64,000 nucleotides of DNA from Eledone cirrhosa (Eukaryota). The stretch is from positions 130,014,001 to 130,078,000 of the forward strand of contig OZ024743.1 of the NCBI GenBank assembly GCA_964016885.1. Direction: 5' to 3'. A program made the position numbers and the translations under genes. Under the pieces are notes generated by a model that was given only the letters and a program-made list of their open reading frames with translations, was not told the DNA's origin and did no database searches. Shown piece after piece: positions 21,700 through 35,100 of this stretch; the first letter of the stretch is position 1, and each line of letters opens with the position of its first letter.

Positions 21700-24600
21700 G
21701 TGTTTGGTGCTTGGTACTTGGTGTTTGGTGCTTGGTGTTTGGTGTTTGCTGTTTGCTGTTTCGTGTTTGGTGTTTGGTGTTTGCTGTATGGTGTTTGCTG
21801 TTTCGTGTTTGGTGTTTGCTGTTTGGTCTTTGGTGTTTGGTGCTTGGTGCTTGGTGCTTGGTGCTTGGTGTTTGGTGTTTGGTGCTTGGTGCTTGGTGTT
21901 TGGTGTTTAGTGCTTGGTGCCTGGTGCTTGTTGTTTGGTGATTGGTGCTTGGTGTTTGCTGTTTGCTGTTTGGTGTTTGGTGTTTGCCGTTTGGTGTTTG
22001 GTGCTTGGTGCTTGGTGCTTGGTGTTTGGTGCTTGGCGTTTGGTGCTTGGTGTTTGGTGTTTGGTGCCTGGTACTTGTTCTTTGGTGCTTGGGGCTTGGT
22101 GTTTGGTGTTTGGTGTTTGGTGTTTAGTGCTTGGTGTTTGGTGTTTGGTGCTTGGTGCTTGGTGTTTGGTGTTTGGTGCTTGGTGCATGGTGCTTGGTGT
22201 TTGGTGTTTGGAGCTTGGTGTTTGGTGCTTGGAGCTTGGTGCTTCGTGTTTGGTGCTTGGTGCTTGGTGCTTGGTGCTTGGTGTTTGGTGCTTGGTGCTT
22301 GGTCTTTGGTGTTTGGTGCTTGGTGTTTGGTGCTTGGTGCTTGGTGTTTGGTGCATGGTGCTTGGTGCTTGGTGTTTGTCGCTTGGGGCTTGGTGCTTGG
22401 TGTTTGGTGCTTGGTGTTTGGTGTTTGGTGCTTGGTGCTTGGTGCTTGGTGTTTGGTGTTTGGTGTTTGGTGTTTGCTGTTTGGTGTTTGCTGTTTGGTG
22501 TTTGCTGTTTGCTGTTTGGTGTCTGCTTTTTGATGTTTGGTGTTTGCTGTATGGTGTTTGCTGTTTGGTGTTTGGTGTTTGCTGTTTGCTGTTTGCTGTT
22601 TGCTGTTTGGTGTTTGGTGCTTGGTGCTTGGTGTTTGGTGCTTGGTACTTGGTGTTTGGTGTTTGGTGCTTGGTGCCTGGTGCTTGATGTTTGGTGCTTG
22701 GTGCTTGGTGTTTGGTGTTTGGTGTTTTTTGCTTGGTGTTTGGTGCTTGGTGTTTGGTGTTTGGTGCTTGGTGCTAGGTGTTTGGTGTTTGGTGCTTGGT
22801 GCTTGGTGCGTGGTGTTTGCTGTTTGCTGTTTGCTGTTTGCTGTTTGGTGTCTGCTTTTTGGTGTTTGGTGTTTGCTGTATGGTGTTTGATGTTTCGTGT
22901 TTGGTGTTTGCTGTTTGCTGTTGTGAGTTTGCTGTTTGCTGTTTGGTGTTTGGTGCTTGGTGCATGGTGCTTGGTGTTTGGTGTTTGGTGCTTGGGGTTT
23001 GGTGTCTGGTGTTTGGTGCTTCGTGTTTAGTGTTTGGTGCTTGGTGCTTGGTGTTTGGTGTTTGGTGCTTGGTGCTTGGTGTTTGGTGTTTGGTGCTTGG
23101 TGTGTTGTGTATGGTGCTTGGTGCTTGGTGTTTGGTGCTTGGTGCAGGGTGCTTGGTGTTTGGTGCTTGGTGCTTGGTGCTTGGTGCTTGGTGTTTGGTG
23201 CTTGGTAGTTGGTGTTTGGTGTTTGGTGTTTGATGCTTGGTGTTTGATGCTTGGTGCTTGGTGCTTGGTGTTTGGTGCTTGGTGCTTGGTCTTGGTGCTT
23301 GGTGCTTGGTGTTTGGTGCTTGGTTCTTGGTGTTTGGTGCTTGGTGTTTGGTGTTTGTTCTTTGGTGTTTGCTGTTTGGTGTTTGCTGTTTAGTGTCTGC
23401 TTTTTGGTGTTTGGTGTTTGCTGTATGGTGTTTGCTGTTTGGTGTTTGCTGTTTGCTGTTTGGTGTTTGGTGCTTGGTGATTGGTGTTTGGTCTTTGGTG
23501 CTTGGTGCTTGGTGTTTGGTGCTTGGTACTTGGTGTTTGGTGTTTGGTGCTTGGTGCCTAGTGCTTGGTGTTTGGTGCTTGGTGCTTGGTGTTTGGTGTT
23601 TGGTGCTTGGTTATCTGGTGTTTGGTGCTTGGTTTTGGTGTTTGGTGCTTGGTGCTTGGTGTTTGGTGCTTGGTGCTTGGTGTTTGCTGTTTGCTGTTTG
23701 GTGTTTGCTGTTTGCTGTTAGGTGTCTGTTTTTTGGTGTTTGGTGTTTGCTGTATGGTGTTTGCTGTTTGGTGTTTGCTGTTTGCTGTTTCGTGTTTGGT
23801 GTTTGGAGTTTGCTGTTTGCTGTTTGGTGTTTGGTGCTTGGTGCTTGGTGTTTGGTGCTTGGTGCTTGGTGCTTGGTGCTTGGTGTTTGGTGTTTGGTCC
23901 TTGGTGCTTGGTGCTTCGTGTTTGGTGCTTCGTGTTTGGTGTTTGGTGCTTGGTGCTTGGGGCTTGGTGTTTGGTGCTTGGTAATTGGTGCTTGGTGTTT
24001 GGTGCTTGGTGCTTGGTGCTTGGGGCTTGGTGTTTGGTGTTTGGTGTTTGATGCTTGGTGTTTGATGCTTGGTGCTTGGTGCTTGGTGTTTGGTGCTTGG
24101 TGCTTGGTCTTGGTGCTTGGTGCTTGGTGTTTGGTGCTTGGTTCTTGGTGTTTGGTGCTTGGTGTTTGGTGTTTGTTCTTTGGTGTTTGCTGTTTGGTGT
24201 TTGCTGTTTAGTGTCTGCTTTTTGGTGTTTGGTGTTTGCTGTATGGTGTTTGCTGTTTGGTGTTTGCTGTTTGCTGTTTGGTGTTTGGTGCTTGGTAATT
24301 GGTGCTTGGTGTTTGGTGCTTGGTGCTTGGTGTTTGGTGTTTGGTGTTTGGTGTTTGGTGTTTGGTGCTTGGTGCCTAGTGCTTGGTGTTTGGTGCTTGG
24401 TGCTTGGTGTTTGGTGTTTGGTGCTTGGTTATCTGGTGTTTGGTGCTTGGTTTTGGTGTTTGGTGCTTGGTGCTTGGTGTTTGGTGCTTGGTGCTTGGTG
24501 TTTGCTGTTTGCTGTTTGGTGTTTGCTGTTTGCTGTTAGGTGTCTGTTTTTTGGTGTTTGGTGTTTGCTGTATGGTGTTTGCTGTTTGGTGTTTGCTGTT

Positions 24601-27600
24601 TGCTGTTTCGTGTTTGGTGTTTGGAGTTTGCTGTTTGCTGTTTGGTGTTTGGTGCTTGGTGCTTGGTGTTTGGTGCTTGGTGCTTGGTGCTTGGTGCTTG
24701 GTGTTTGGTGTTTGGTCCTTGGTGCTTGGTGCTTGGTGTTTGGTGCTTCGTGTTTGGTGTTTGGTGCTTGGTGCTTGGGGCTTGGTGTTTGGTGCTTGGT
24801 AATTGGTGCTTGGTGTTTGGTGCTTGGTGCTTGGTGTTTGGTGTTTGGTGTTTGGTGCTTGGTGTTTGGTGCTTGGTGCTTGGTTCTGGGTGGTTGGTGT
24901 TTGGTGCTTGGTGCTTGGTGTTTGGTGCTTGGTGCTTGGTGTTTGGTGCTTGGTGCTTGGTCTTTGGTGCTTGGTGTTTGGTGCTTGGTGCTTGGTGCTT
25001 GGTGCTTGGTGCTTGGTGATTAGTGTTTGGTGCTTGGTGCTTGGGATTTGGTGTTTGGTGCTTGGTGCTTGGTGTTTGGTGCTTGGTGTTTGGTGTTTGG
25101 TGCTTGGTGCTTGGTGTTTGGTGTTTGGTGCTTGGTGCATGGTGCTTGTTGTTTGGTGATTGGTGCTTGGTGCTTGGTGTTTGGCGTTTGGTGTTTGCTG
25201 TTTCGTGTTTGGTGTTTGCTGTTTTGTATTTGGTGTTTGCTGTTTGGTGTTTGGTCTTTGGTGCTTGGTGTTTGGTGCTTGGTGTTTGGTGTTTGGTGCT
25301 TGGTGCCTGGTGCTTGTTGTTTTGTGATTGGTGCTTGGTGCTTGGTGTTTGGTCTTTGGTCTTTGGTGCTTGGTGTTTGATGCTTGGTGTTTGGTGTTTG
25401 CTGCTTGGTGCTTGGTGTTTGGTGTTTGGATCTTGGTGCTTGGTGCTTGTTGTTTGGTGATTGGTGCTTGGTGCTTGGTGCTTGGTGTTTGGTGTTTGGT
25501 GCTTGGGGTTTGGTGTCTGGTGTTTGGTGCTTCGTGTTTAGTGTTTGGTGCTTGGTGCTTGGTGTTTGGTGTTTGGTGCTTGGTGCTTGGTGCTTGGTGT
25601 TTGGTGTTTGGTGCTTGGTGTGTTGTGTATGGTGCTTGGTGCTTGGTGTTTGGTGCTTGGTGCAGGGTGCTTGGTGTTTGGTGCTTGGTGCTTGGTGCTT
25701 GGTGCTTGGTGTTTGGTGCTTGGTACTTGGTGTTTGGTGTTTGGTGTTTGATGCTTGGTGTTTGATGCTTGGTGCTTGGTGCTTGGTGTTTGGTGCTTGG
25801 TGCTTGGTCTTGGTGGTTGGTGCTTGGTGTTTGGTGCTTGGTTCTTGGTGTTTGGTGCTTGGTGTTTGGTGTTTGTTCTTTGGTGTTTGCTGTTTGGTGT
25901 TTGCTGTTTAGTGTCTGCTTTTCGGTGTTTGGTGTTTGCTGTATGGTGTTTGCTGTTTGGTGTTTGCTGTTTGCTGTTTGGTGTTTGGTGCTTGGTGCTT
26001 GGTGTTTGGTCTTTGGTGCTTGGTGCTTGGTGTTTGGTGCTTGGTACTTGGTGTTTGGTGTTTGGTGCTTGGTGCCTAGTGCTTGGTGTTTGGTGCTTGG
26101 TGCTTGGTGTTTGGTGTTTGGTGCTTGGTGTCTGGTGTTTGGTGCTTGGTTTTGGTGTTTGGTGCTTGGTGCTTGGTGTTTGGTGCTTGGTGCTTGGTGT
26201 TTGCTGTTTGCTGTTTGGTGTTTGCTGTTTGCTGTTAGGTGTCTGTTTTTTGGTGTTTGGTGTTTGCTGTATGGTGTTTGCTGTTTGGTGTTTGCTGTTT
26301 GCTGTTTCGTGTTTGGTGTTTGGAGTTTGCTGTTTGCTGTTTGGTGTTTGGTGCTTGGTGCTTGGTGTTTGGTGCTTGGTGCTTGGTGCTTGGTGCTTGG
26401 TGTTTGGTGTTTGGTCCTTGGTGCTTGGTGCTTGGTGTTTGGTGCTTCGTGTTTGGTGTTTGGTGCTTGGTGCTTGGGGCTTGGTGTTTGGTGCTTGGTA
26501 ATTGGTGCTTGGTGTTTGGTGCTTGGTGCTTGGTGTTTGGTGTTTGGTGTTTGGTGCTTGGTGTTTGGTGCTTGGTGCTTGGTGCTTGGTGCTTGGTGCT
26601 TGGTGCTTGGTGATTAGTGTTTGGTGCTTGGTGCTTGGGATTTGGTGTTTGGTGCTTGGTGCTTGGTGTTTGGTGTTTGGTGCTTGGTGCATGGTGCTTG
26701 TTGTTTGGTGATTGGTGCTTGGTGCTTGGTGTTTGGCGTTTGGTGTTTGCTGTTTCGTGTTTGGTGTTTGCTGTTTTGTATTTGGTGTTTGCTGTTTGGT
26801 GTTTGGTCTTTGGTGCTTGGTGTTTGGTGCTTGGTGTTTGGCGTTTGGTGCTTGGTGCCTGGTGCTTGTTGTTTTGTGATTGGTGCTTGGTGCTTGGTGT
26901 TTGGTTTTTGGTGTTTGGTGTTTGCTGTTTGGTCTTTGGTCTTTGGTCTTTGGTGCTTGGTGTTTGATGCTTGGTGTTTGGTGTTTGCTGCTTGGTGCTT
27001 GGTGTTTGGTGTTTGGATCTTGGTGCTTGGTGCTTGTTGTTTGGTGATTGGTGCTTGGTGCTTGGTGTTTGGTGTTTGGTGTTTCGTGCTTGGTGCTTGG
27101 TGTCTGGTGCTTGGTGTTTGGTGTTTGGTGCTTGGTGCTTGGTGCTTGGTGTTTGGTGTTTGGTGTTTGGTGCTTGGTGCTTGGTGTTTGGTGCTTGGTG
27201 CTTGGTGTTTGGTGCTGCGTGCTTCGTGTTTGGTGCTTCGTGCTGGGTGCTTGGTGCTTGGTGTTTGGTGTTTGGTGTTTGATGCTTGGTGCTTGGTGCT
27301 TGGTGTTTGGTGTTTGGTGCTTGGTGCTTGCTGTTTGGTATTTGATGCTTGGTGTTTGATGCTTGATGCTTGGTGCTTGGTGTTTGGTGCTTGGTGTTTG
27401 TACTTGGTGCTTGGTACTTAGTGCTTAGTGTTTGGTGCTTGGTGCTTGGTGCTTGGTGCTTGGTGTTTGGTGCTTGGTTCTTGGTGTTTGGTGCTTGGTG
27501 TTTGGTGCTTGGTGCTTGGTGTTTGGTGTTTGGTGCATGGTGCTTGGTGCTTGGTGCTTGGTGCTTGGTGTTAGGTGTTTGGTGCTTGGTGCTTGGTGTT

Positions 27601-29960
27601 TTGTGCTTGGTGCTTGGTGTTTGGTGCTTGGTGCTTGGTGTTTTGTGCTTGGTGCTTGGTGTTTGGTGCTTGGTGCTTGGTGCTTGGTGATTAGTGTTTG
27701 GTGCTTGGTGCTTGGGGTTTGGTGTTTGGTGCTTGGTGCTTGCTGTTTGGTGCTTGGTACTTGGTGTTTGGTGCTTGGTGTTTGGTGTTTGCTGTTTGCT
27801 GTTTCGTGTTTGGTGTTTGGTGTTTGCTGTATGGTGTTTGCTGTTTCGTGTTTGGTGTTTGCTGTTTGGTCTTTGGTCTTTGGTGCTTGGTGCTTGGTGC
27901 TTGGTGCTTGGTGTTTGGTGTTTGGTGCTTGGTGCTTGGTGTTTGGTGTTTAGTGCTTGGTGCCTGGTGCTTGTTGTTTGGTGATTGGTGCTTGGTGTTT
28001 GCTGTTTGCTGTTTGGTGTTTGGTGTTTGCCGTCTGGTGTTTGGTGCTTGGTGCTTGGTGCTTGGTGTTTTGTGCTTGGCGTTTGGTGCTTGGTGTTTGG
28101 TGTTTGGTGCCTGGTACTTGTTCTTTGGTGCTTGGGGCTTGGTGTTTGGTGTTTGGTGTTTGGTGTTTAGTGCTTGGTGTTTGGTGTTTGGTGCTTGGTG
28201 CTTGGTGTTTGGTGTTTGGTGCTTGGTGCATGGTGCTTGGTGTTTGGTGTTTGGAGCTTGGTGTTTGGTGCTTGGAGCTTGGTGCTTCGTGTTTGGTGCT
28301 TGGTGCTTGGTGCTTGGTGCTTGGTGTTTGGTGCTTGGTGCTTGGTCTTTGGTGTTTGGTGCTTGGTGTTTGGTGCTTGGTGCTTGGTGTTTGGTGCATG
28401 GTGCTTGGTGCTTGGTGTTTGTCGCTTGGGGCTTGGTGCTTGGTGTTTGGTGCTTGGTGTTTGGTGTTTGGTGCTTGGTGCTTGGTGCTTGGTGTTTGGT
28501 GTTTGCTGTTTGCTGTTTGGTGTCTGCTTTTTGATGTTTGGTGTTTGCTGTATGGTGTTTGCTGTTTGGTGTTTGGTGTTTGCTGTTTGCTGTTTGCTGT
28601 TTGCTGTTTGGTGTTTGGTGCTTGGTGCTTGGTGTTTGGTGCTTGGTACTTGGTGTTTGGTGTTTGGTGCTTGGTGCCTGGTGCTTGATGTTTGGTGCTT
28701 GGTGCTTGGTGTTTGGTGTTTGGTGTTTTTTGCTTGGTGTTTGGTGCTTGGTGTTTGGTGTTTGGTGCTTGGTGCTAGGTGTTTGGTGTTTGGTGCTTGG
28801 TGCTTGGTGTTTGCTGTTTGCTGTTTGCTGTTTGCTGTTTGCTGTTTGGTGTCTGCTTTTTGGTGTTTGGTGTTTACTGTATGGTGTTTGATGTTTCGTG
28901 TTTGGTGTTTGTTGTTTGCTGTTGTGAGTTTGCTGTTTGCTGTTTGGTGTTTGGTGCTTGGTGCATGGTGCTTGGTGTTTGGTGTTTGGTGCTTGGTGTT
29001 TGGTGTCTGGTGTTTGGTGCTTGGTGTTTAGTGTTTGGTGCTTGGTGCTTGGTGTTTGGTGTTTGGTGCTTGGTGCTTGGTGTTTGGTGTTTGGTGCTTG
29101 GTGTGTTGTGTATGGTGCTTGGTGCTTGGTGTTTGGTGCTTGGTGCAGGGTGCTTGGTGTTTGGTGCTTGGTGCTTGGTGCTTGGTGCTTGGTGTTTGGT
29201 GCTTGGTACTTGGTGTTTGGTGTTTGGTGTTTGATGCTTGGTGTTTGATGCTTGGTGCTTGGTGCTTGGTGTTTGGTGCTTGGTGCTTGGTCTTGGTGCT
29301 TGGTGCTTGGTGTTTGGTGCTTGGTTCTTGGTGTTTGGTGCTTGGTGTTTGGTGTTTGTTCTTTGGTGTTTGCTGTTTGGTGTTTGCTGTTTAGTGTCTG
29401 CTTTTTGGTGTTTGGTGTTTGCTGTATGGTGTTTGCTGTTTGGTGTTTGCTGTTTGCTGTTTGGTGTTTGGTGCTTGGTGCTTGGTGTTTGGTCTTTGGT
29501 GCTTGGTGCTTGGTGTTTGGTGCTTGGTACTTGGTGTTTGGTGTTTGGTGCTTGGTGCCTAGTGCTTGGTGTTTGGTGCTTGGTGCTTGGTGTTTGGTGT
29601 TTGGGGCTTGGTGTCTGGTGTTTGGTGCTTGGTTTTGGTGTTTGGTGCTTGGTGCTTGGTGTTTGGTGCTTGGTGCTTGGTGTTTGCTGTTTGCTGTTTG
29701 GTGTTTGCTGTTTGCTGTTAGGTGTCTGTTTTTTGGTGTTTGGTGTTTGCTGTATGGTGTTTGCTGTTTGGTGTTTGCTGTTTGCTGTTTCGTGTTTGGT
29801 GTTTGGAGTTTGCTGTTTGCTGTTTGGTGTTTGGTGCTTGGTGCTTGGTGTTTGGTGCTTGGTGCTTCGTGCTTGGTGCTTGGTGTTTGGTGTTTGGTCC
29901 TTGGTGCTTGGTGCTTGGTGTTTGGTGCTTCGTGTTTGGTGTTTGGTGCTTGGTGCTTGG
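21700..29960 (+). repeat. Non-adjacent duplicate of about 2.3 kb (about 21700-23960 and about 27745-29960; offset 6043 then 6001)
   Basis: ORF offsets 21907/27950 and 22131/28174 are 6043. Offsets 22537/28538 and 23237/29238 are 6001 after a 42-bp (6-monomer) indel. Confidence 0.85.
23209..24845 (+). repeat. 818-bp tandem duplication
   Basis: ORF offsets 23237/24055, 23251/24069 and 23722/24540 are all 818. A private 8-bp monomer TTGGTTAT is at 23607 and 24425. 818 = 117x7 - 1 (two 6-mers plus one 8-mer). Confidence 0.9.
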
Positions 29961-31160
29961 GGCTTGGTGTTTGGTGCTTGGTAATTGGTGCTTGGTGTTT
30001 GGTGCTTGGTGCTTGGTGTTCGGTGTTTGGTGTTTGGTGCTTGGTGTTTGGTGCTTGATGCTTGGTGCTGGGTGGTTGGTGTTTGGTGCTTGGTGCTTGG
30101 TGTTTGGTGCTTGGTGCTTGGTGTTTGGTGCTTGGTGCTTGGTCTTTGGTGCTTGGTGTTTGGTGCTTGGTGCTTGGTGCTTGGTGCTTGGTGCTTGGTG
30201 ATTAGTGTTTGGTGCTTGGTGCTTGGGATTTGGTGTTTGGTGCTTGGTGCTTGGTGTTTGGTGCTTGGTGCTTGGTGTTTGGTGTTTGGTGCTTGGTGCA
30301 TGGTGCTTGTTGTTTGGTGATTGGTGCTTGGTGCTTGGTGTTTGGCGTTTGGTGTTTGCTGTTTCGTGTTTGGTGTTTGCTGTTTTGTATTTGGTGTTTG
30401 CTGTTTGGTGTTTGGTCTTTGGTGCTTGGTGTTTGGTGCTTGGTGTTTGGCGTTTGGTGCTTGGTGCCTGGTGCTTGTTGTTTTGTGATTGGTGCTTGGT
30501 GCTTGGTGTTTGGTTTTTGGTGTTTGGTGTATGCTGTTTGGTCTTTGGTCTTTGGTCTTTGGTGCTTGGTGTTTGATGCTTGGTGTTTGGTGTTTGCTGC
30601 TTGGTGCTTGGTGTTTGGTGTTTGGATCTTGGTGCTTGGTGCTTGTTGTTTGGTGATTGGTGCTTGGTGCTTGGTGTTTGGTGTTTGGTGTTTGGTGCTT
30701 GGTGCTTGGTGTCTGGTGCTTGGTGTTTGGTGTTTGGTGCTTGGTGCTTGGTGCTTGGTGTTTGGTGTTTGGTGTTTGGTGCTTGGTGCTTGGTGTTTGG
30801 TGCTTGGTGCTTGGTGTTTGGTGCTGCGTGCTTCGTGTTTGGTGCTTCGTGCTGGGTGCTTGGTGCTTGGTGTTTGGTGTTTGGTGTTTGATGCTTGGTG
30901 CTTGGTGCTTGGTGTTTGGTGTTTGGTGCTTGGTGCTTGCTGTTTGGTATTTGATGCTTGGTGTTTGATGCTTGATGCTTGGTGCTTGGTGTTTGGTGCT
31001 TGGTGTTTGTACTTGGTGCTTGGTGCTTAGTGCTTGGTGTTTGGTGCTTGGTGCTTGGTGCTTGGTGCTTGGTGTTTGGTGCTTGGTTCTTGGTGTTTGG
31101 TGCTTGGTGTTTGGTGCTTGGTGCTTGGTGTTTGGTGTTTGGTGCATGGTGCTTGGTGCT
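25530..31160 (+). repeat. Duplicate of about 2 kb (about 25530-27550 and about 29010-31160; offset 3483, then 3588, then 3609)
   Basis: ORF offsets 25755/29238 and 26239/29722 are 3483, 26617/30205 is 3588, and 26971/30580 and 27370/30979 are 3609. The steps are 105 and 21 bp, both whole monomers. Confidence 0.82.
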
Positions 31161-32189
31161 TGGTGCTTGGTGCTTGGTGTTAGGTGTTTGGTGCTTGGTG
31201 CTTGGTGTTTTGTGCTTGGTGCTTGGTGTTTGGTGCTTGGTGCTTGGTGTTTGGTGCTTGGTGCCTGGTGCTTGGTGTTTGGTGCTTGGTGCTTGGTGTT
31301 TGGTGTTTGGTGCTTGGTGCTTGGTGTTAGGTGTTTGGTGCTTGGTGCATGGTGTTTGGTGTTTGGTCCTTGGTGCTTGGTGTTTGGTGCTTGGTGCTTG
31401 GTGTTTGTTGTTTGGTGCTTTCTGCTTGCTGCTTGGTGTTTGGTGCTTTATGCTTGGTGTTTGGTTCTTGGTGTTTGGTGTTTGGTGTTTGATTTTTGGT
31501 GTTTGATGCTTGGTGCTTGGTGCTTGGTGTTTGGTGCTTGGTGCTTGGTGTTTGTACTTGGTGCTTGGTGCTTGGTGCTTGGTGTTTGGTACTTGGTTCT
31601 TGGTGTTTGGTGTTTGGTGCTTGGTGTTTGGTGCTTGGTGCTTGGTGTTTGGTGTTTTGTGCTTGGTGTTTGGTGCTTGGTGCTTGGTGTTTGGTGCTTG
31701 GTGCTTGGTGTTTGGTGTTTGGTGTTTGGTGCTTGGTGCTTGGTGTTTGGTGCTTGGTGCTTGGTGCTGGGTGGTTGGTGTTTGGTGCTTGGTGTTTGGT
31801 GCTTGGTGCTTGGTGCTTGGTGTTTGGTGCTTGGTGCTTGGTGCTTGGTCTTTGGTGCTTGGTGTTTGGTGCTTGGTGCTTGGTGCTTGGTGTTTGGTGC
31901 TTGGTGCTTGGTGATTAGTGTTTGGTGCTTGGTGCTTGGTGTTTGGTGTTTGGTGCTTGGTGTTTGGTGCTTGGTACTTGGTGTTTGGTGCTTGGTGTTT
32001 GGTGTTTGCTGTTTGCTGTTTGGTGTTTGGTGTTTGATGTTTGCTGTTTGGTGTCTGCTTTTTGGTGTTTGGTGTTTGCTGTATGGTGTTTGCTGTTTCG
32101 TGTTTGGTGTTTGCTGTTTGGTGTTTGGTGTTTGCTGTTTGGTGTTTGGTCTCTGGTGCTTGGTGTTTGGTGCTTGGTGCTTGGTGTTT

Positions 32190-35100
32190 GGTGTTTGGTG
32201 CTTGGTGCTTGGTGCTTGGTGTTTGGTGTTTGGTCCTTGGTGCCTGGTGCTTGTTGTTTGGTGATTGGTGCTTGGTGTTTGCTGTTTGCTGTTTGCTGTT
32301 TGCTGTTTGCTGTTTGGTGTTTGGTGCTTGGTGATTGGTGCTTGGTGTTTGGTGCTTGGTGCTTGGTGTTTGGTGCTTGGTGCTTGGTGTTTGATGTTTG
32401 GTGCTTGGTGCCTGGTGCTTGTTGTTTGGTACTTGGTGCTTGGTGTTTGGTGTTTGGTGTTTGGTATTTGGTGCTTGGTGTTTGGTGTTTGGTGTTTGGT
32501 GCGTGGTGCTTGTTGTTTGGTATTTGGTGCTTGGTTCTTGGTGCTTGGTGTTTGGTGTTTGGTGCTTGGTGTTTGGTGGTTGGTGCTTGGTGTTTGGTGC
32601 TTGGTGATTGGTGCTTGGTGTTTGATGCTTGGTGTTCGATGCTTGGTGCTTGGTGCTTGGTGTTTGGTGCTTGGTGCTTGGTATTTGGTTCTTGGTGCTT
32701 GGTGCTTCGTCCTTGGTGTTTGGTGTTTAGTGCTTGGTGCTTGGTGCTTGGTGTTTAGTGCTTGGTGCTTGGTGCATTGTGATTAGTGTTTGGTGCTTGG
32801 TGCTTGGGGTTTGGTGTTTGGTGCTTGGTGTTTGGTGTTTGGTGCTTGGAACTTGGTGTTTGGTGCTTGGTGTTTGCTGTTTGCTGTTTGCTGTTTAGTG
32901 TTTGGTGTTATGTGTTTGGTGTTTGCTGTTTGGTGTCTGCTTTTTGGTGTTTGGTGTTTGCTCTATGGTGTTGGCTGTTTCATGTTTGGTGTTTGCTGTT
33001 TGGTGTTTGGTGTTTGCTGTTTGGTGTTTGGTCTTTGGTGCTTGGTGTTTGGTGCTTGGTGTTTGGTGTTAGGTGTTTGGTGCTTGGTGCTTGGTGTTTG
33101 GTGTTTGGTCCATGGTGCTTGGTGTTTGGTGCTTGGTGCTTGGTGTTTGTTGTTTGGTGCTTTCTGCTTGCTGCTTGGTGTTTGGTGCTTGGTGATTGGT
33201 GCTTGGTGTTTGGTGTTTGGTGCTAGGTGCTTGGTGCTTGGTGTTTGGTGCTTCGTGTTTGGTGTATGGTGCTTGGTGCTTGGGGCTCTGTGTTTGGTGC
33301 TTGGTAATTGGTGCTTGGTGTTTGGTGCTTGGTGCTTGGTGCTTGGTGTTTGGTGCTTGTTGCTTGGTGTTTGGTGTTTGGTGTTTGATGCTTGGTGTTT
33401 GATGCTAGGTGCTTGGTGCTTGGTGTTTGGTGCTTGGTGCTTGGTGTTTGTACTTGGTGCTTGGTCCTTGGTGTTTGGTGCTTGGTTCTTGGTGTTTGGT
33501 GCTTGGTGTTTGGTGCTTGGTGCTTGGTGTTTGGTGTTTGGTGCTTGGTGTTTGGTGCTTGGTGCTGGGTGCTTGGTGTTAGGTGTTTGGTGCTTGGTGC
33601 TTGGTGTTTTGTGCTTGGTGCTTGGTGTTTGGTGCTTGGTGCTTGGTGCTTGGTGTTTGGTGTTTGGTGCTTGGTGTTTGGTGCTTGGTGCTTGGTGCTT
33701 GGTGTTAGGTGTGTGGTGTTTGGTGCTTGGTGTTTTATGCTTGGTGCTTGGTGTTTAGTGCTTGGTGCTTGGTGTTTGGTGCTTGGTGCCTGGTGCTTGG
33801 TGTTTGGTGCTTGGTGCTTGGTGTTTGTTGTTTGGTGCTTGGTGCTTGGTGTTAGGTGTTAGGTGCTTGGTGCTTGGTGTCTGGTGTTTGGTCCTTGGTG
33901 CTTGGTGTTTGGTGCTTTGTGCTTGGTGTTTGTTGTTTGGTGCTTTCTGCTTGCTGCTTGGTGTTTGGTGCTTGGTGCTTGGTGTTTGGTGCTTGTTGCT
34001 TGCTGTTTGGTGTTTGGTGTTTGATGCTTGGTGTTTGAGGCTTGGTGCTTGGTACTAGGTGTTTGGTGCTTGGTGCTTGGTGTTTGTTCTTGGTGCTTGG
34101 TGCTTGGTGCTTGGTGCTTGGTACTTGGTTTTGGTGCTTGGTGTTTGGTGTTTGCTGTTTGCTGTTTGGTGTTTGGTGTTTGGTGTTTGCTGTTTGGTGT
34201 CTGCTTTTTGGTGTTTGGTGTTTGCTGTATGGTGTTTGCTGTTTCGTGTTTGGTGTTTGGTGTTTGGTGTTTGGTGTTTGCTGTTTAGTGTTTGGTCTCT
34301 GGTGCTTGGTGTTTGGTGATTGGTGCTTGGTGTTTGTTGTTTGGTGCTTGGTGCTTGGTGTTTGGTGTTTGGTCCTTGGTGCCTGGTGCTTGTTGTTTGG
34401 TGATTGGTGCTTGGTGTTTGCTGTTTGCTGTTTGCTGTTTGGTGTTTGGTGTTTGCTGTTTGGTGTTTGGTGCTTGGTGCTTGATGCTTGGTGCTTGGTG
34501 TTTGGTGCTTGGTGTTTGGTGCTTGGTGCTTGGTGTTTGGTGTTTGGTGCTTGGTGCTTGGTGCTTGGTGTTTGGTGTTTGGTGCTTGGTGTTTGGTGGT
34601 TGGTGCTTGGTGTTTGGTGCTTAGTGATTGGCGCTTGGTGTTTGGTGCTGGGTGCTTGGTGTTTGGTGCTTGGTGTTTGGTGCTTGGTGTTTGGTGTTTG
34701 ATGCTTGGTGTTCGATGCTTGGTGCTTGGTGCTTGGTGTTTGGTGCTTGGTGCTTGGTCTTTGGTTCTTGGTGCTTGGTGCTTGGTGCTTAGTGCTTGGT
34801 GTTTAGTGCTTGGTGCTTGGTGCATTGTGCTTAGTGTTTGGTGCTTGGTGCTTGGGGTTTGGTGTTTGGTGCTTGGTGCTTGGTGTTTGGTGCTTGAAAC
34901 TTGGTGTTTGGTGCTTGGTGTTTGCTGTTTGCTGTTTGCTGTTTAGTGTTTGGTGTTTGGTGTTTGGTGTTTGCTCTATGGTGTTTGCTGTTTCATGTTT
35001 GGTGTTTGCTGTTTGGTGTTTGGTGTTTGCTGTTTGGTGTTTGGTCTTTGGCGCTTGGTGTTTGGTGCTTGGTGCTTGGTGTTTGGTGTTTAGTGCTTGG

